From sequence record PV467748.1: a DNA stretch of 64,000 nt. The stretch is one strand, 5' to 3'. The translations under genes and the position numbers were made by a program. This document shows, piece by piece, positions 31,605 through 43,674 of the stretch. The stretch's first letter is position 1. Each line of letters begins with the position of its first letter. The notes beneath the pieces were generated by a model. The model was given only the letters and a program-made list of their open reading frames with translations, did not search any database and had not been told where the DNA came from. This DNA is from a phage.

Positions 31605-31608
<4 letters not shown>
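30742..31608 (+). CDS. 15: tail sheath stabiliser / tail completion protein gp15
   Basis: ORF track starts with TTG at 30739; ATG at 30742 gives [13 protein letters not shown]..., matching T4 gp15 as recalled. Confidence 0.9.
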
Positions 31609-33918
<2,310 letters not shown>

Positions 33919-33947
33919 ACAATAAAGCATAACCAAGAGGATTCAAA

Positions 33948-35930
33948 ATGTCTTTATTATCACCGGGCATTGAGCTCAAAGAAACGTCCGTACAGAGTAC
34001 TGTCGTTCGTAACGCAACGGGTCGTGCAGCGCTGGTTGGTAAATTCCAGTGGGGCCCTGCTTTCCAGGTAACTCAAATTACTAACGAAGTTGAACTGGTG
34101 GATTTGTTTGGAGGTCCTAACAACGAAGTGGCAGATTATTTTATGTCTGGTATGAACTTCCTCCAATATGGTAACGACCTTCGTACTGTTCGTGTTGTTA
34201 ACCGTGAATTCGCTAAAAACGCATCTCCTGTTGCAGGCAATATCGAAACCACTATTACTACGGCTGGTTCTAACTATGCAGTAGGCGATAAAATTAATAT
34301 CAAGCACAACCAAACTGTTGTTGAATCTGAAGGTCGTGTGACTTCTGTAGATACGGATGGTAAAATTCTTTCCGTGTTTATCCCATCAGCAAAAATTATT
34401 GCTTATGCACGTTCTTTAAACCAGTATCCTACCCTGGGCCCGGCTTGGACGGCTGAAGTTACTTCCGCTTCTTCTGGTGTTTCCGGTACTATTACCGTAG
34501 GTAAAATTGTTACGGATTCAGGTATTCTTTTAACTGAAGCAGAGAACAGTGAAGAAGCTATTACTTCCCTGGAATTCCAAGCATCTCTTAAGAAATTTGC
34601 TATGCCAGGCGTAGTTGCTCTTTATCCAGGCGAAATTGGTTCCACCTTAGAAGTAGAAATCGTTTCCAAAGCCGCTTATGATGTTGGTTCTTCTAAAATG
34701 CTGGATATTTATCCGGGCGGTGGTTCTCGTGCTTCTATTGCCAAGGCGGTATTTAATTACGGGCCACAAACAGATGACCAATACGCGATTATTGTTCGTC
34801 GTGATGGCGCTATCGTAGAATCTGTCGTACTTTCTACCAAAGAAGGTGAAAAAGACGTTTACGGTAATAACATTTATCTTGACGACTATTTCGCTAAAGG
34901 TACTTCTAACTATATTTTTGCTACCTCTTTGAACTGGCCTAAAGGCTTCAGCGGTATCATTAATCTGATGGGTGGTGTATCTGCTAACGATCAGGTTACT
35001 GCGAGTGATTTGATGCAGGGTTGGGATTTGTTCGCCGACCGTGAAGCCCTCCATATTAACCTTTTGATTGCCGGGGCCGTTGCCGGTGAAGGTGATGAAG
35101 TTGCTTCTACCGTCCAGAAACACGTTGTTAGTATTGCTGATGAACGTCAGGATTGCTTGGCATTTATTTCTCCTCCTAAAGGACTGTTGGTTAACGTTCC
35201 ATTGACTCGTGCAGTAGATAATCTTATCGACTGGCGTACCGGTGCAGGTACTTTCGATACCAACAACATGAACATTAGCACCACTTATGCTGCTATTGAC
35301 GGTAACTATAAATATCAGTATGACAAATATAATGACGTAAACCGTTGGGTGCCTCTGGCAGCTGATATGGCTGGTTTGTGTGCGCGTACAGATGATGTTT
35401 CTCAGCCTTGGATGTCTCCGGCCGGTTATAACCGTGGTCAGATTCTTAACGTTTTGAAATTGGCAATTGAACCCCGTCAAGCTCAACGCGACCGCATGTA
35501 CCAAGAAGCTATTAACCCGGTTGTTGGTTTTGCTGGTGGCGATGGTTTCGTATTGTTTGGTGATAAGACTGCAACTAAAGTTCCATCTCCGATGGACCAT
35601 ATTAACGTTCGCCGTCTGTTCAATATGCTTAAGAAAAATATCGGTGATGCCTCTAAATATAAACTGTTTGAATTGAACGATAACTTCACTCGTTCAAGCT
35701 TCCGTATGGAAGTTTCTCAGTACTTAGATGGTATTAAGGCACTTGGTGGGATTTATGAAGGACGTGTGGTTTGTGATACTACAGTGAACACCCCTGCGGT
35801 TATAGACCGTAATGAGTTTATTGCTAATATCTACGTTAAACCTTCTCGTTCCATTAACTACATCACGTTGAACTTCGTTGCAACGAGCACTGGTGCTGAT
35901 TTTGATGAATTGATTGGACCTTTAGTATAA
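33948..35930 (+). CDS. 18: tail sheath protein gp18
   Basis: Size 660 aa (T4 659) and synteny. Confidence 0.9.
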   Translation: MSLLSPGIELKETSVQSTVVRNATGRAALVGKFQWGPAFQVTQITNEVELVDLFGGPNNEVADYFMSGMNFLQYGNDLRTVRVVNREFAKNASPVAGNIETTITTAGSNYAVGDKINIKHNQTVVESEGRVTSVDTDGKILSVFIPSAKIIAYARSLNQYPTLGPAWTAEVTSASSGVSGTITVGKIVTDSGILLTEAENSEEAITSLEFQASLKKFAMPGVVALYPGEIGSTLEVEIVSKAAYDVGSSKMLDIYPGGGSRASIAKAVFNYGPQTDDQYAIIVRRDGAIVESVVLSTKEGEKDVYGNNIYLDDYFAKGTSNYIFATSLNWPKGFSGIINLMGGVSANDQVTASDLMQGWDLFADREALHINLLIAGAVAGEGDEVASTVQKHVVSIADERQDCLAFISPPKGLLVNVPLTRAVDNLIDWRTGAGTFDTNNMNISTTYAAIDGNYKYQYDKYNDVNRWVPLAADMAGLCARTDDVSQPWMSPAGYNRGQILNVLKLAIEPRQAQRDRMYQEAINPVVGFAGGDGFVLFGDKTATKVPSPMDHINVRRLFNMLKKNIGDASKYKLFELNDNFTRSSFRMEVSQYLDGIKALGGIYEGRVVCDTTVNTPAVIDRNEFIANIYVKPSRSINYITLNFVATSTGADFDELIGPLV

Positions 35931-36055
35931 TCTATTATCCCAGGCTGTAATATAAAGAACCTAAAACCATTATACCATGAGTTTGGTTACAGCGTACATC
36001 ACGTAGAATTGCGCCTGGGATTGATTAACTATCAGGAATATGATTTATCAACTGT

Positions 36056-36063
36056 TATAAATA
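36056..36063 (+). promoter_or_regulatory. T4 late promoter TATAAATA for gene 19
   Basis: Exact TATAAATA upstream of gene 19. Confidence 0.55.
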
Positions 36064-36115
36064 AATTAATCAGAATGTTCCTGGTGGGTCCAGGAACTGA
36101 CTTATGAGGCATCCC

Positions 36116-36607
36116 ATGGAACTTACCGATATCACTAGGGCTTTTGAATCAGGTGACTTTGCACGCCCTAACCTTTTCGAAGTGGAAATTCCATTTCTTG
36201 GTAAAAACTTTAGCTTTAAATGTAAAGCAGCACCTATGCCGGCAGGCATTGTAGAAAAAGTACCGGTTGGCTACATGAACCGTAAAATTAACGTAGCTGG
36301 TGACCGTACGTTTGATGATTGGACAATTACCATTTATAACGATGATGCACATGACACTCGTCAAGCCATTGTTGATTGGCAGAATCTCTGTCATGGTATG
36401 ACCAATGAAATTACCGGTGCAGCACCTGCAGAATATAAGAAACAAGCAGTAGTTCGCCAGTTCCATCGTGACGGCAAGACTGTGACCAAAGAAGTTACAA
36501 TTTACGGCTTATGGCCTACTAACGTTGGTGAAGTCCAGATGGATTGGGATTCGAACAACGAAGTTGAAACGTTTGAAAGTACGTTCGCTATCGATTGGTG
36601 GGAATGA
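36116..36607 (+). CDS. 19: tail tube protein gp19
   Basis: ORF track 36104 trimmed to ATG giving MELTDITRAFESGDFARPNLFEVEIP..., matching T4 gp19 as recalled. Confidence 0.9.
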   Translation: MELTDITRAFESGDFARPNLFEVEIPFLGKNFSFKCKAAPMPAGIVEKVPVGYMNRKINVAGDRTFDDWTITIYNDDAHDTRQAIVDWQNLCHGMTNEITGAAPAEYKKQAVVRQFHRDGKTVTKEVTIYGLWPTNVGEVQMDWDSNNEVETFESTFAIDWWE

Positions 36608-36608
36608 G

Positions 36609-36616
36609 TATAAATA
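36609..36616 (+). promoter_or_regulatory. T4 late promoter TATAAATA for gene 20
   Basis: Exact TATAAATA about 48 nt upstream of the gene 20 ATG. Confidence 0.55.
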
Positions 36617-36664
36617 GAATTATCAAGGAGCTTCGGCTCCTTATCCCATTCATCGGAGACTCTA

Positions 36665-38239
36665 ATGGCAAACTTTAATACAATATTAAGTTTTCTTAAG
36701 CCATGGGCTAATGAAGACGAAAAAGAATATAAACAACAAATTAATAACAATTTAGAGTCTGTCACCGCACCTAAGCTTGATGATGGCGCTCGCGAAATTG
36801 AGACACAAGAGCAAAATATTCCTTATAATGCTCTTATGCAACAGATGTTTGGTAGTAATGAGCCTGAAGTTAAAAATACCAGGGAACTTATTGATACCTA
36901 CCGTAATTTAATGAACAACTATGAAGTCGACAACGCCGTACAGGAAATTGTGTCTGACGCTATTGTCTATGAGGATGATAAAGAAGTAGTTGCATTGAAT
37001 TTAGACGGGACAGAATTTAGTCAAGCAATTAAAGATAAAATCTTGGCCGAATTCAGTGAAGTTTTAAACCTTTTAAATTTCCAACGTAAAGGCACTGACC
37101 ATTTCCAACGCTGGTATGTAGACTCAAGAATTTTCTTTCATAAAATTATAAACCCTAAAAAAATGAAAGATGGCGTACAAGAGCTTCGTCGCTTAGACCC
37201 ACGCCAAGTCCAATATATTCGAGAAATCGTTACACGTATGGAAGATGGTGTTAAAGTTGTAGACGGATATCGCGAGTTTTTCGTTTATGATACAGGCCAT
37301 GAAAGTTATTGCGCTGATGGACGCATTTATTCGGCCGGGACTAAAGTTAAAATTCCTCGTGCTGCAGTGGTTTATGCACATTCTGGATTATTAGATTGTT
37401 GTGGTAAAAACATCATTGGCTATTTGCAACGTGCTATTAAGCCTGCAAACCAGCTTAAATTGATGGAAGACGCAATGGTCATTTACCGTATTACCCGTGC
37501 TCCCGACCGTCGTGTGTTTTATATCGATACTGGTAATATGCCTTCACGTAAGGCGGCAGCACAAATGCAACATATCATGAACACGATGAAAAACCGTGTT
37601 GTGTATGATGCTTCGACAGGTAAAATTAAAAACCAACAACACAATATGTCCATGACTGAAGACTATTGGTTGCAACGTCGTGATGGTAAAGCGGTAACAG
37701 AAGTTGATACAATGCCAGGTGCTACTGGTATGAGTGATATGGATGACGTTCTTTATTTCCGCACAGCACTTTACCGTGCGTTGCGTGTTCCTGAATCACG
37801 TATCCCTAGCGAGTCTAATTCTGGCGTTATGTTTGATGCTGGTACAGCAATCACTCGTGACGAATTAAAATTCTCTAAATGGATTCGTCAACTACAAAAC
37901 AAATTTGAAGAAATTTTCCTAGACCCGTTAAAAACAAACCTCATTCTTAAAAAGATTATTACAGAAGATGAGTGGGAAAAGGAAATAAATAATATTAAAG
38001 TTACGTTTAACCGTGATAGCTATTTCAGTGAAATGAAAGATGCTGAAATCATGGAACGCAGAATCAATATGCTAACGATGGCTGAACCATTTATTGGTAA
38101 GTATATTTCACATCAAACGGCTATGAAAGATTTCCTCCAAATGACCGACGAAGAAATTAATCAAGAAGCTAAGCAAATTGAAGAAGAGTCTAAAGAGGCT
38201 CGTTTCCAAAACCCAGATGAAGAAGAAGAGGATTTCTAA
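36665..38239 (+). CDS. 20: portal vertex protein gp20
   Basis: 524 aa; long near-identical stretches to T4 gp20 as recalled. Confidence 0.95.
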   Translation: MANFNTILSFLKPWANEDEKEYKQQINNNLESVTAPKLDDGAREIETQEQNIPYNALMQQMFGSNEPEVKNTRELIDTYRNLMNNYEVDNAVQEIVSDAIVYEDDKEVVALNLDGTEFSQAIKDKILAEFSEVLNLLNFQRKGTDHFQRWYVDSRIFFHKIINPKKMKDGVQELRRLDPRQVQYIREIVTRMEDGVKVVDGYREFFVYDTGHESYCADGRIYSAGTKVKIPRAAVVYAHSGLLDCCGKNIIGYLQRAIKPANQLKLMEDAMVIYRITRAPDRRVFYIDTGNMPSRKAAAQMQHIMNTMKNRVVYDASTGKIKNQQHNMSMTEDYWLQRRDGKAVTEVDTMPGATGMSDMDDVLYFRTALYRALRVPESRIPSESNSGVMFDAGTAITRDELKFSKWIRQLQNKFEEIFLDPLKTNLILKKIITEDEWEKEINNIKVTFNRDSYFSEMKDAEIMERRINMLTMAEPFIGKYISHQTAMKDFLQMTDEEINQEAKQIEEESKEARFQNPDEEEEDF

Positions 38240-38484
38240 TGGAAGATTTAATCGAAGCTATTAAATCAAACGACCTCGTAGCAGTTCGTAAAGCAGCAGC
38301 CCCGCTTATCGAATCTCGAGTAACCGCTTTGATTGAAGCCCGTAAAGCAGAAATTGCTCGCTCCGTTATGATTGAAGGCGAAGAAGCTGACGAAGATGAC
38401 GAAGACGACGAAAAATCCGATAAAGCAGATAAGAAAGACAAAAAAGAATCTGACGATGCGGATGACGACGAGGACGACGAATAA
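38239..38484 (+). CDS. 67: prohead core protein gp67
   Basis: 81 aa, highly acidic C-terminus; synteny between 20 and 68. Confidence 0.75.
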   Translation: MEDLIEAIKSNDLVAVRKAAAPLIESRVTALIEARKAEIARSVMIEGEEADEDDEDDEKSDKADKKDKKESDDADDDEDDE

Positions 38485-38912
38485 TGTTCCTTATCCCTGA
38501 TGATTACGAATTAACTCTAGAAAGTGTAGAGGCCAAAATTCCAGAAGCACAGGGACGTTTTGCTGCTCTTTCTGAAGCGCTCGAGAAAAGCGATATAAAT
38601 AATCTTGTAGAGAACATGATTGCTGAAGGCGATATCGAATGTGCTATCGCTCTTGGTTCTTTAAATGAATCAATGCCTCTTAACGAATTTATCGTTAAAC
38701 ACGTTTCCTCTAAAGGTGAGCTTACTCGTACTAAAGATATTAAAACCCGTCAACGTAACGCATTCCAAACGACCGGTTTATCTAAAGCAAAGCGCCGTCA
38801 GATTGCTCGCAAAGCATCTAAAACCAAACGTGCTAATCCATCTACTCAAGTGCGTGCTGAACGTAAGCGTAAGAAAGCCCGTTCTAAACGTAAAGCTTTT
38901 GGACTTAACTAA
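38484..38912 (+). CDS. 68: prohead core protein gp68
   Basis: 142 aa, basic C-terminus; synteny. Confidence 0.75.
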   Translation: MFLIPDDYELTLESVEAKIPEAQGRFAALSEALEKSDINNLVENMIAEGDIECAIALGSLNESMPLNEFIVKHVSSKGELTRTKDIKTRQRNAFQTTGLSKAKRRQIARKASKTKRANPSTQVRAERKRKKARSKRKAFGLN

Positions 38913-39547
38913 TGAAACCTGAATTGCTCATCGAACATTGGGGACAACCAGGTGAAATTATCGATGGGGTTCCTATGTTGGAATCTCATGATGGAAAAAA
39001 TTCTGGGCTTGCTCCCGGCCTTTATATAGAAGGCATTTTCATGCAAGCAGAGGTAGTTAACCGTAATAAACGCCTTTACCCAAAACCTATTTTGGAAAAA
39101 GCCGTTGCCGATTATATGGCTGAACAGGTTGCTACTAAACAAGCTTTAGGAGAATTAAACCATCCACCTCGTGCTAACGTTGACCCTATGCAAGCTGCTA
39201 TCATTATTGAAGATATGTGGTGGAAAGGTAATGATGTTTATGGACGTGCACGTATCATCGAAGGTGACCATGGCCCGGGTGATAAACTAGCCGCAAATAT
39301 TCGAGCGGGTTGGGTTCCTGGTGTTAGTTCTCGTGGTCTTGGTTCTTTAACCGAAACCAATAAAGGATATAAGCGTGTAAACGAAGGTTATAAATTAACC
39401 GTCGGCGTTGATGCAGTATGGGGACCATCTGCTCCTGATGCTTATGTAACTCCGAAGCAAATTACAGAATCACAAACGGTAGAAACCGATACCAGTGCCG
39501 ATGACGCCTTTATGGCTCTCGCAGAGGCCATGAAAAAAGCGTTATAA
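38912..39547 (+). CDS. 21: prohead core protease gp21
   Basis: Size 211 aa (T4 212) and synteny. Confidence 0.85.
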   Translation: MKPELLIEHWGQPGEIIDGVPMLESHDGKNSGLAPGLYIEGIFMQAEVVNRNKRLYPKPILEKAVADYMAEQVATKQALGELNHPPRANVDPMQAAIIIEDMWWKGNDVYGRARIIEGDHGPGDKLAANIRAGWVPGVSSRGLGSLTETNKGYKRVNEGYKLTVGVDAVWGPSAPDAYVTPKQITESQTVETDTSADDAFMALAEAMKKAL

Positions 39548-39550
39548 ATA
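39543..39550 (+). promoter_or_regulatory. T4 late promoter TATAAATA for gene 22
   Basis: Exact TATAAATA about 28 nt upstream of the gene 22 ATG. Confidence 0.6.
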
Positions 39551-39577
39551 TTATTATCTAAACAACAGGACTACAAA

Positions 39578-40393
39578 ATGCTTAAAGAACAACTAATCGC
39601 CGAAGCACAGAATATTGATGCTTCCGTTGCTCTTGACAGTATTTTCGAATCAGTTAATATTTCTCCGGAAGCAAAAGAAACTTTCGGCACTGTATTCGAA
39701 GCTACCGTCAAGCAACACGCCGTGAAACTGGCTGAATCTCACATCGCTGAAATCGCTGAAAAAGCGGAAGAAGAAGTCGAGAAAAATAAAGAAGAAGCTG
39801 AAGAAAAAGCCGATAAGAAAATCCAAGAAGCTGCCGGTCGTTTCCTTGACCACGTTGCTAAAGAATGGATGGCTGAAAACCAGCTGGCTGTTGATAAAGG
39901 TATTAAAGCCGAACTGTTCGAATCCATGTTGATGGGTATGAAAGAACTGTTTGTTGAACACAATGTGGTTGTTCCAGAAGAAGCAGTAGATGTTGTTGCT
40001 GAAATGGAAGAAGAGCTCCAAGAGCAGAAAGATGAAACCGCTCGTCTGTTCGAAGAAGTTGGTAAGCGCGATGCGTATATTAATTACGTACAGCGTGAAG
40101 TTGCTGTTACGGAAGCAACTAAAGACCTGACTGAATCTCAAAAAGAAAAAGTTAGTTCTCTGGTAGAAGGCATGGATTATTCCGATGCATTCGGTAAAAA
40201 AATTGGCGCTATTGTTGAAATGGTTAAAGGTCAGTCTGACGTTGAAAACCCAATCACTGAAGCCGCTATAAATAAAAATGTAGACGATGCTGCGGCACTG
40301 AATTACATTTCAGAAGCAGTTGAAGAAAAAGGCTCTAAGCCTACCCTGTCCTTCGCGGACCTGTCTGCAATCGCAGCATCACGAATTTCTTAA
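39578..40393 (+). CDS. 22: major prohead scaffold core protein gp22
   Basis: Acidic helical 271 aa protein (T4 269); synteny. Confidence 0.85.
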   Translation: MLKEQLIAEAQNIDASVALDSIFESVNISPEAKETFGTVFEATVKQHAVKLAESHIAEIAEKAEEEVEKNKEEAEEKADKKIQEAAGRFLDHVAKEWMAENQLAVDKGIKAELFESMLMGMKELFVEHNVVVPEEAVDVVAEMEEELQEQKDETARLFEEVGKRDAYINYVQREVAVTEATKDLTESQKEKVSSLVEGMDYSDAFGKKIGAIVEMVKGQSDVENPITEAAINKNVDDAAALNYISEAVEEKGSKPTLSFADLSAIAASRIS

Positions 40394-40414
40394 TTTAATA
40401 AGGTTATACAACAC

Positions 40415-41974
40415 ATGAAAAAGAATGCATTAGTTCAAAAATGGTCCGCTCTGCTGGAAAACGAAGCCCTTCCTGAAATCGTGGGTGCTTCTAAACAAGC
40501 TATCATCGCTAAAATTTTCGAAAACCAGGAACAAGACATCCTGACTGCTCCGGAATACCGTGATGAAAAAATCTCTGAAGCATTTGGTTCTTTCCTGACC
40601 GAAGCTGAAATTGGTGGTGACCACGGTTATGATGCTACCAATATCGCAGCTGGCCAGACTTCTGGTGCTGTAACTCAGATTGGGCCGGCAGTAATGGGTA
40701 TGGTTCGTCGTGCTATTCCTCATCTGATTGCTTTTGATATTTGTGGTGTTCAGCCTCTGAATAACCCTACCGGCCAGGTATTTGCCCTTCGTGCAGTTTA
40801 TGGTAAAGACCCTATCGCTGCTGGCGCTAAAGAAGCTTTCCATCCGATGTATTCTCCGGACGCTATGTTCTCTGGTCAGGGCGCTGCTCAGACTTTTGAA
40901 GCACTGGCTGCAAGCAAAGTTCTGGAAGTTGGTAAAATTTATTCTCACTTCTTCGAAGCTACCGGTGCTGCACACTTCCAGGCTGTTGAAGCTGTAACCG
41001 TTGATGCTGCTGCTACCGATGCCGCTAAACTGGATGCTGCTGTTACCGCTTTGATTGAAGCTGGTAAGTTGGCTGAATTGGCTGAAGGTATGGCTACTTC
41101 TATCGCTGAACTTCAGGAAGGCTTTAACGGTTCTACTGATAACCCGTGGAACGAAATGGGCTTCCGTATCGATAAACAAGTTATCGAAGCTAAATCTCGT
41201 CAGCTGAAAGCAAGCTACTCTATCGAACTGGCACAGGACCTTCGTGCAGTACACGGTATGGATGCAGATGCTGAACTGTCCGGTATCCTTGCTACCGAAA
41301 TTATGCTCGAAATCAACCGTGAAGTTATCGATTGGATTAACTACTCTGCACAGGTTGGTAAATCTGGTATGACCAACACCGTTGGCGCTAAAGCTGGTGT
41401 GTTTGACTTCCAGGACCCGATTGATATCCGTGGTGCTCGTTGGGCCGGTGAGAGCTTTAAAGCCCTTCTGTTCCAGATTGATAAAGAAGCAGCCGAAATC
41501 GCTCGTCAGACCGGTCGTGGTGCTGGTAACTTCATCATCGCTTCCCGTAACGTAGTTAACGTACTGGCTGCAGTTGATACTTCTGTAAGTTATGCAGCTC
41601 AAGGTCTGGGTCAGGGTTTCAACGTTGACACAACCAAAGCAGTATTTGCCGGTGTTCTTGGTGGTAAATATCGTGTTTACATCGACCAGTATGCTCGTTC
41701 CGATTACTTCACCATCGGTTATAAAGGTTCCAACGAAATGGACGCAGGTATCTACTATGCTCCGTACGTTGCACTGACTCCGCTGCGTGGTTCCGATCCG
41801 AAGAACTTCCAACCGGTAATGGGCTTCAAAACTCGTTACGGTATCGGTATTAACCCGTTCGCTGACCCAGCTGCTCAGGCGCCTACCAAACGTATTCAGA
41901 ATGGTATGCCTGACATCGTTAACAGCCTCGGTCTGAATGGTTACTTCCGTCGCGTATATGTTAAAGGTATCTAA
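40415..41974 (+). CDS. 23: major capsid protein gp23
   Basis: Long near-identical stretches to T4 gp23 as recalled (QAIIAKIFENQE..., GDHGY.ATNIAAGQTSGAVTQIGPAVMGMVRRAIP). Confidence 0.97.
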   Translation: MKKNALVQKWSALLENEALPEIVGASKQAIIAKIFENQEQDILTAPEYRDEKISEAFGSFLTEAEIGGDHGYDATNIAAGQTSGAVTQIGPAVMGMVRRAIPHLIAFDICGVQPLNNPTGQVFALRAVYGKDPIAAGAKEAFHPMYSPDAMFSGQGAAQTFEALAASKVLEVGKIYSHFFEATGAAHFQAVEAVTVDAAATDAAKLDAAVTALIEAGKLAELAEGMATSIAELQEGFNGSTDNPWNEMGFRIDKQVIEAKSRQLKASYSIELAQDLRAVHGMDADAELSGILATEIMLEINREVIDWINYSAQVGKSGMTNTVGAKAGVFDFQDPIDIRGARWAGESFKALLFQIDKEAAEIARQTGRGAGNFIIASRNVVNVLAAVDTSVSYAAQGLGQGFNVDTTKAVFAGVLGGKYRVYIDQYARSDYFTIGYKGSNEMDAGIYYAPYVALTPLRGSDPKNFQPVMGFKTRYGIGINPFADPAAQAPTKRIQNGMPDIVNSLGLNGYFRRVYVKGI

Positions 41975-41989
41975 TATAAACCTTATTAT

Positions 41990-42018
41990 GGGAGACTTCG
42001 GTCTCCCATTCTTGTTTC
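41990..42018 (+). terminator. rho-independent terminator GGGAGACTTCGGTCTCCC after gene 23
   Basis: Perfect 7-bp stem with TTCG loop, then ATTCTTGTTT. Confidence 0.65.
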
Positions 42019-42022
42019 TATA

Positions 42023-42289
42023 CTATGCAATCTTAACACGATGGTTGATGATATCACGGAAGTCAATACGATTTTCTTGGATTTTCAGCCAGTTACCAGA
42101 TTTGTCTTTGGTATGGGTAGAGTATTCACCGTTCCACCAGAAGTCGGTAGCATAAGCCATGGCTTCGTATTTCTTAACTAGTGCATTCACTGCATTACCG
42201 TTAGGATTGGAACCATATTTTTCTACCAGGGCTTTGATGTCTTTATCAAGAGCGGAAAGAGTAGTACGAATAAAGTTTAACTTGTTCAT
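42023..42289 (-). CDS. hypothetical protein (antisense gene inside capsid cluster)
   Basis: ORF track 42023..42304 trimmed to ATG (MNKLNF...) 8 nt after GAGGAG; own early promoter upstream. Confidence 0.6.
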   Translation of the reverse strand: MNKLNFIRTTLSALDKDIKALVEKYGSNPNGNAVNALVKKYEAMAYATDFWWNGEYSTHTKDKSGNWLKIQENRIDFRDIINHRVKIA

Positions 42290-42303
42290 TTTTAATCTCC
42301 TCA

Positions 42304-42348
42304 TGTTTTGATAGGTCTATAGTAACATGTGATAACCTTGCTGTAAAC
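42304..42348 (-). promoter_or_regulatory. conserved early promoter/leader element, copy 4
   Basis: GTTTAC-N18-TACTAT-AGACCTATCAAAACA on minus strand, upstream of the 42023..42289 gene. Confidence 0.55.
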
Positions 42349-42354
42349 AACTTT

Positions 42355-42362
42355 TATAAATA
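42355..42362 (+). promoter_or_regulatory. T4 late promoter TATAAATA for gene 24
   Basis: Exact TATAAATA about 29 nt upstream of the gene 24 ATG. Confidence 0.6.
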
Positions 42363-42390
42363 AACATATACCCTCAATAAGGAAAGCGCA

Positions 42391-43674
42391 ATGGCAAAGA
42401 TTAACGAATTACTGCGCGAGTCAACAACTACTTCTAGCAACTCATTGGGTCGCCCTAATCTTGTTGCTTTGACCCGTGCTACAACCAAATTGATTTACCG
42501 TGATATTATTGCTGAACAACGTACTAGCCAGCCTATTGCTGCATTGTATGGTGTCAAATATCTTACTCCTGATAATGAATTTAGCTTCCAAACTGGTGCC
42601 GTTTATGGTGGTGAAGTTGGTTCTAAAGACCGTGAAACTATCCCGGAACTCACAGATAAGGCCCAGGCTATTGCCAAGGGTGAATATTTCAAGTATCAGA
42701 ACATAGTTTATAAGGCTCTTCAAGCAAGCCCACTCGCATCCACTAGCGCTACAGGATTGGCTGATGCTCTTCAAGAAGGTTTAGTGTCATTAACATGTCG
42801 TCTGGTTCCGGACGCTGCTCATACCACTAAATTCGAAGCGAGTGATGTAGAAATCTCTGATGCTGTATTCCAGGTAAATAAATGGAATGCTCCTGTTAAG
42901 ACTCGTAAATTGAAGACTGCTTTGACAGTAGAATTGGCACAGGATATGGAATCAAATGGATTCGACGCCCCTGCATTCTTAGAAGACCTCCTGGCTACAG
43001 TAATGGCAGATGAAATTAATAAAGACGTTCTGCAATCCTTGATTACGGTATCTAAACGTTATAAAGTTACCGGTGTATCTGATAACGGCATCATAGATTT
43101 GACTTATGATAGTGCTCCGGAATCTGCACGTAAACTTTATGAAATTGTTTGTGAGATGAATTCTGAAATCCAGAAAACTACTTCTTATTCTGGTACGTTT
43201 GTTGTGGCTTCAAGTCGTGTGGCTGCAATGCTTGCAGGTTCTGGCTGGTTAAAACATAAACCTGAAGATAATAATTGGCTCCCAGAAACCGCCTATGGGT
43301 ATTTGTTGAATGGATTACCTCTGTTCTGTGACGTTAACAGCCCGTTGGATTATGTTATCGTCGGTGTTAAAGAGAACTATGGTGGTAATGAAGTTGTCGG
43401 TTCTATTTTCTATGCCCCGTATACAGAAGGCCTGGATTTAGACGACCAAGAACACGTTGGCGCTTATAAGGTTATTGTCGACCCGGATTCATTACAGCCT
43501 TCTATTTCTCTGATGGTTCGTTATGCACTGTCCGCTAATCCATACACCGTAGCTAAAGACGATAAAGAAGCTCGTGTTATAGATGCAACTAATATGGATT
43601 TAATGGCGGGCCAGAGTAATATGTCTTATCTGCTTGGTGTTAAACTTCCAGCAATTATTTACGAGGCTGATTAA
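42391..43674 (+). CDS. 24: capsid vertex protein gp24
   Basis: 427 aa as in T4; position after gene 23. Confidence 0.85.
   Translation: MAKINELLRESTTTSSNSLGRPNLVALTRATTKLIYRDIIAEQRTSQPIAALYGVKYLTPDNEFSFQTGAVYGGEVGSKDRETIPELTDKAQAIAKGEYFKYQNIVYKALQASPLASTSATGLADALQEGLVSLTCRLVPDAAHTTKFEASDVEISDAVFQVNKWNAPVKTRKLKTALTVELAQDMESNGFDAPAFLEDLLATVMADEINKDVLQSLITVSKRYKVTGVSDNGIIDLTYDSAPESARKLYEIVCEMNSEIQKTTSYSGTFVVASSRVAAMLAGSGWLKHKPEDNNWLPETAYGYLLNGLPLFCDVNSPLDYVIVGVKENYGGNEVVGSIFYAPYTEGLDLDDQEHVGAYKVIVDPDSLQPSISLMVRYALSANPYTVAKDDKEARVIDATNMDLMAGQSNMSYLLGVKLPAIIYEAD

Noticed and set aside
34647-35600. 317-aa ORF on the minus strand
   Set aside because: Antisense to tail sheath gene 18; no start context; spurious.
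39650-40141. 163-aa ORF on the minus strand
   Set aside because: Antisense to scaffold gene 22; Phe-rich low-complexity translation of a GAA/AAA-rich sense strand; spurious.
40430-41812. 460-aa ORF on the minus strand
   Set aside because: Lies entirely antisense to the major capsid gene 23, which is confidently identified; serine/threonine-rich low-complexity translation; treated as a spurious antisense frame.
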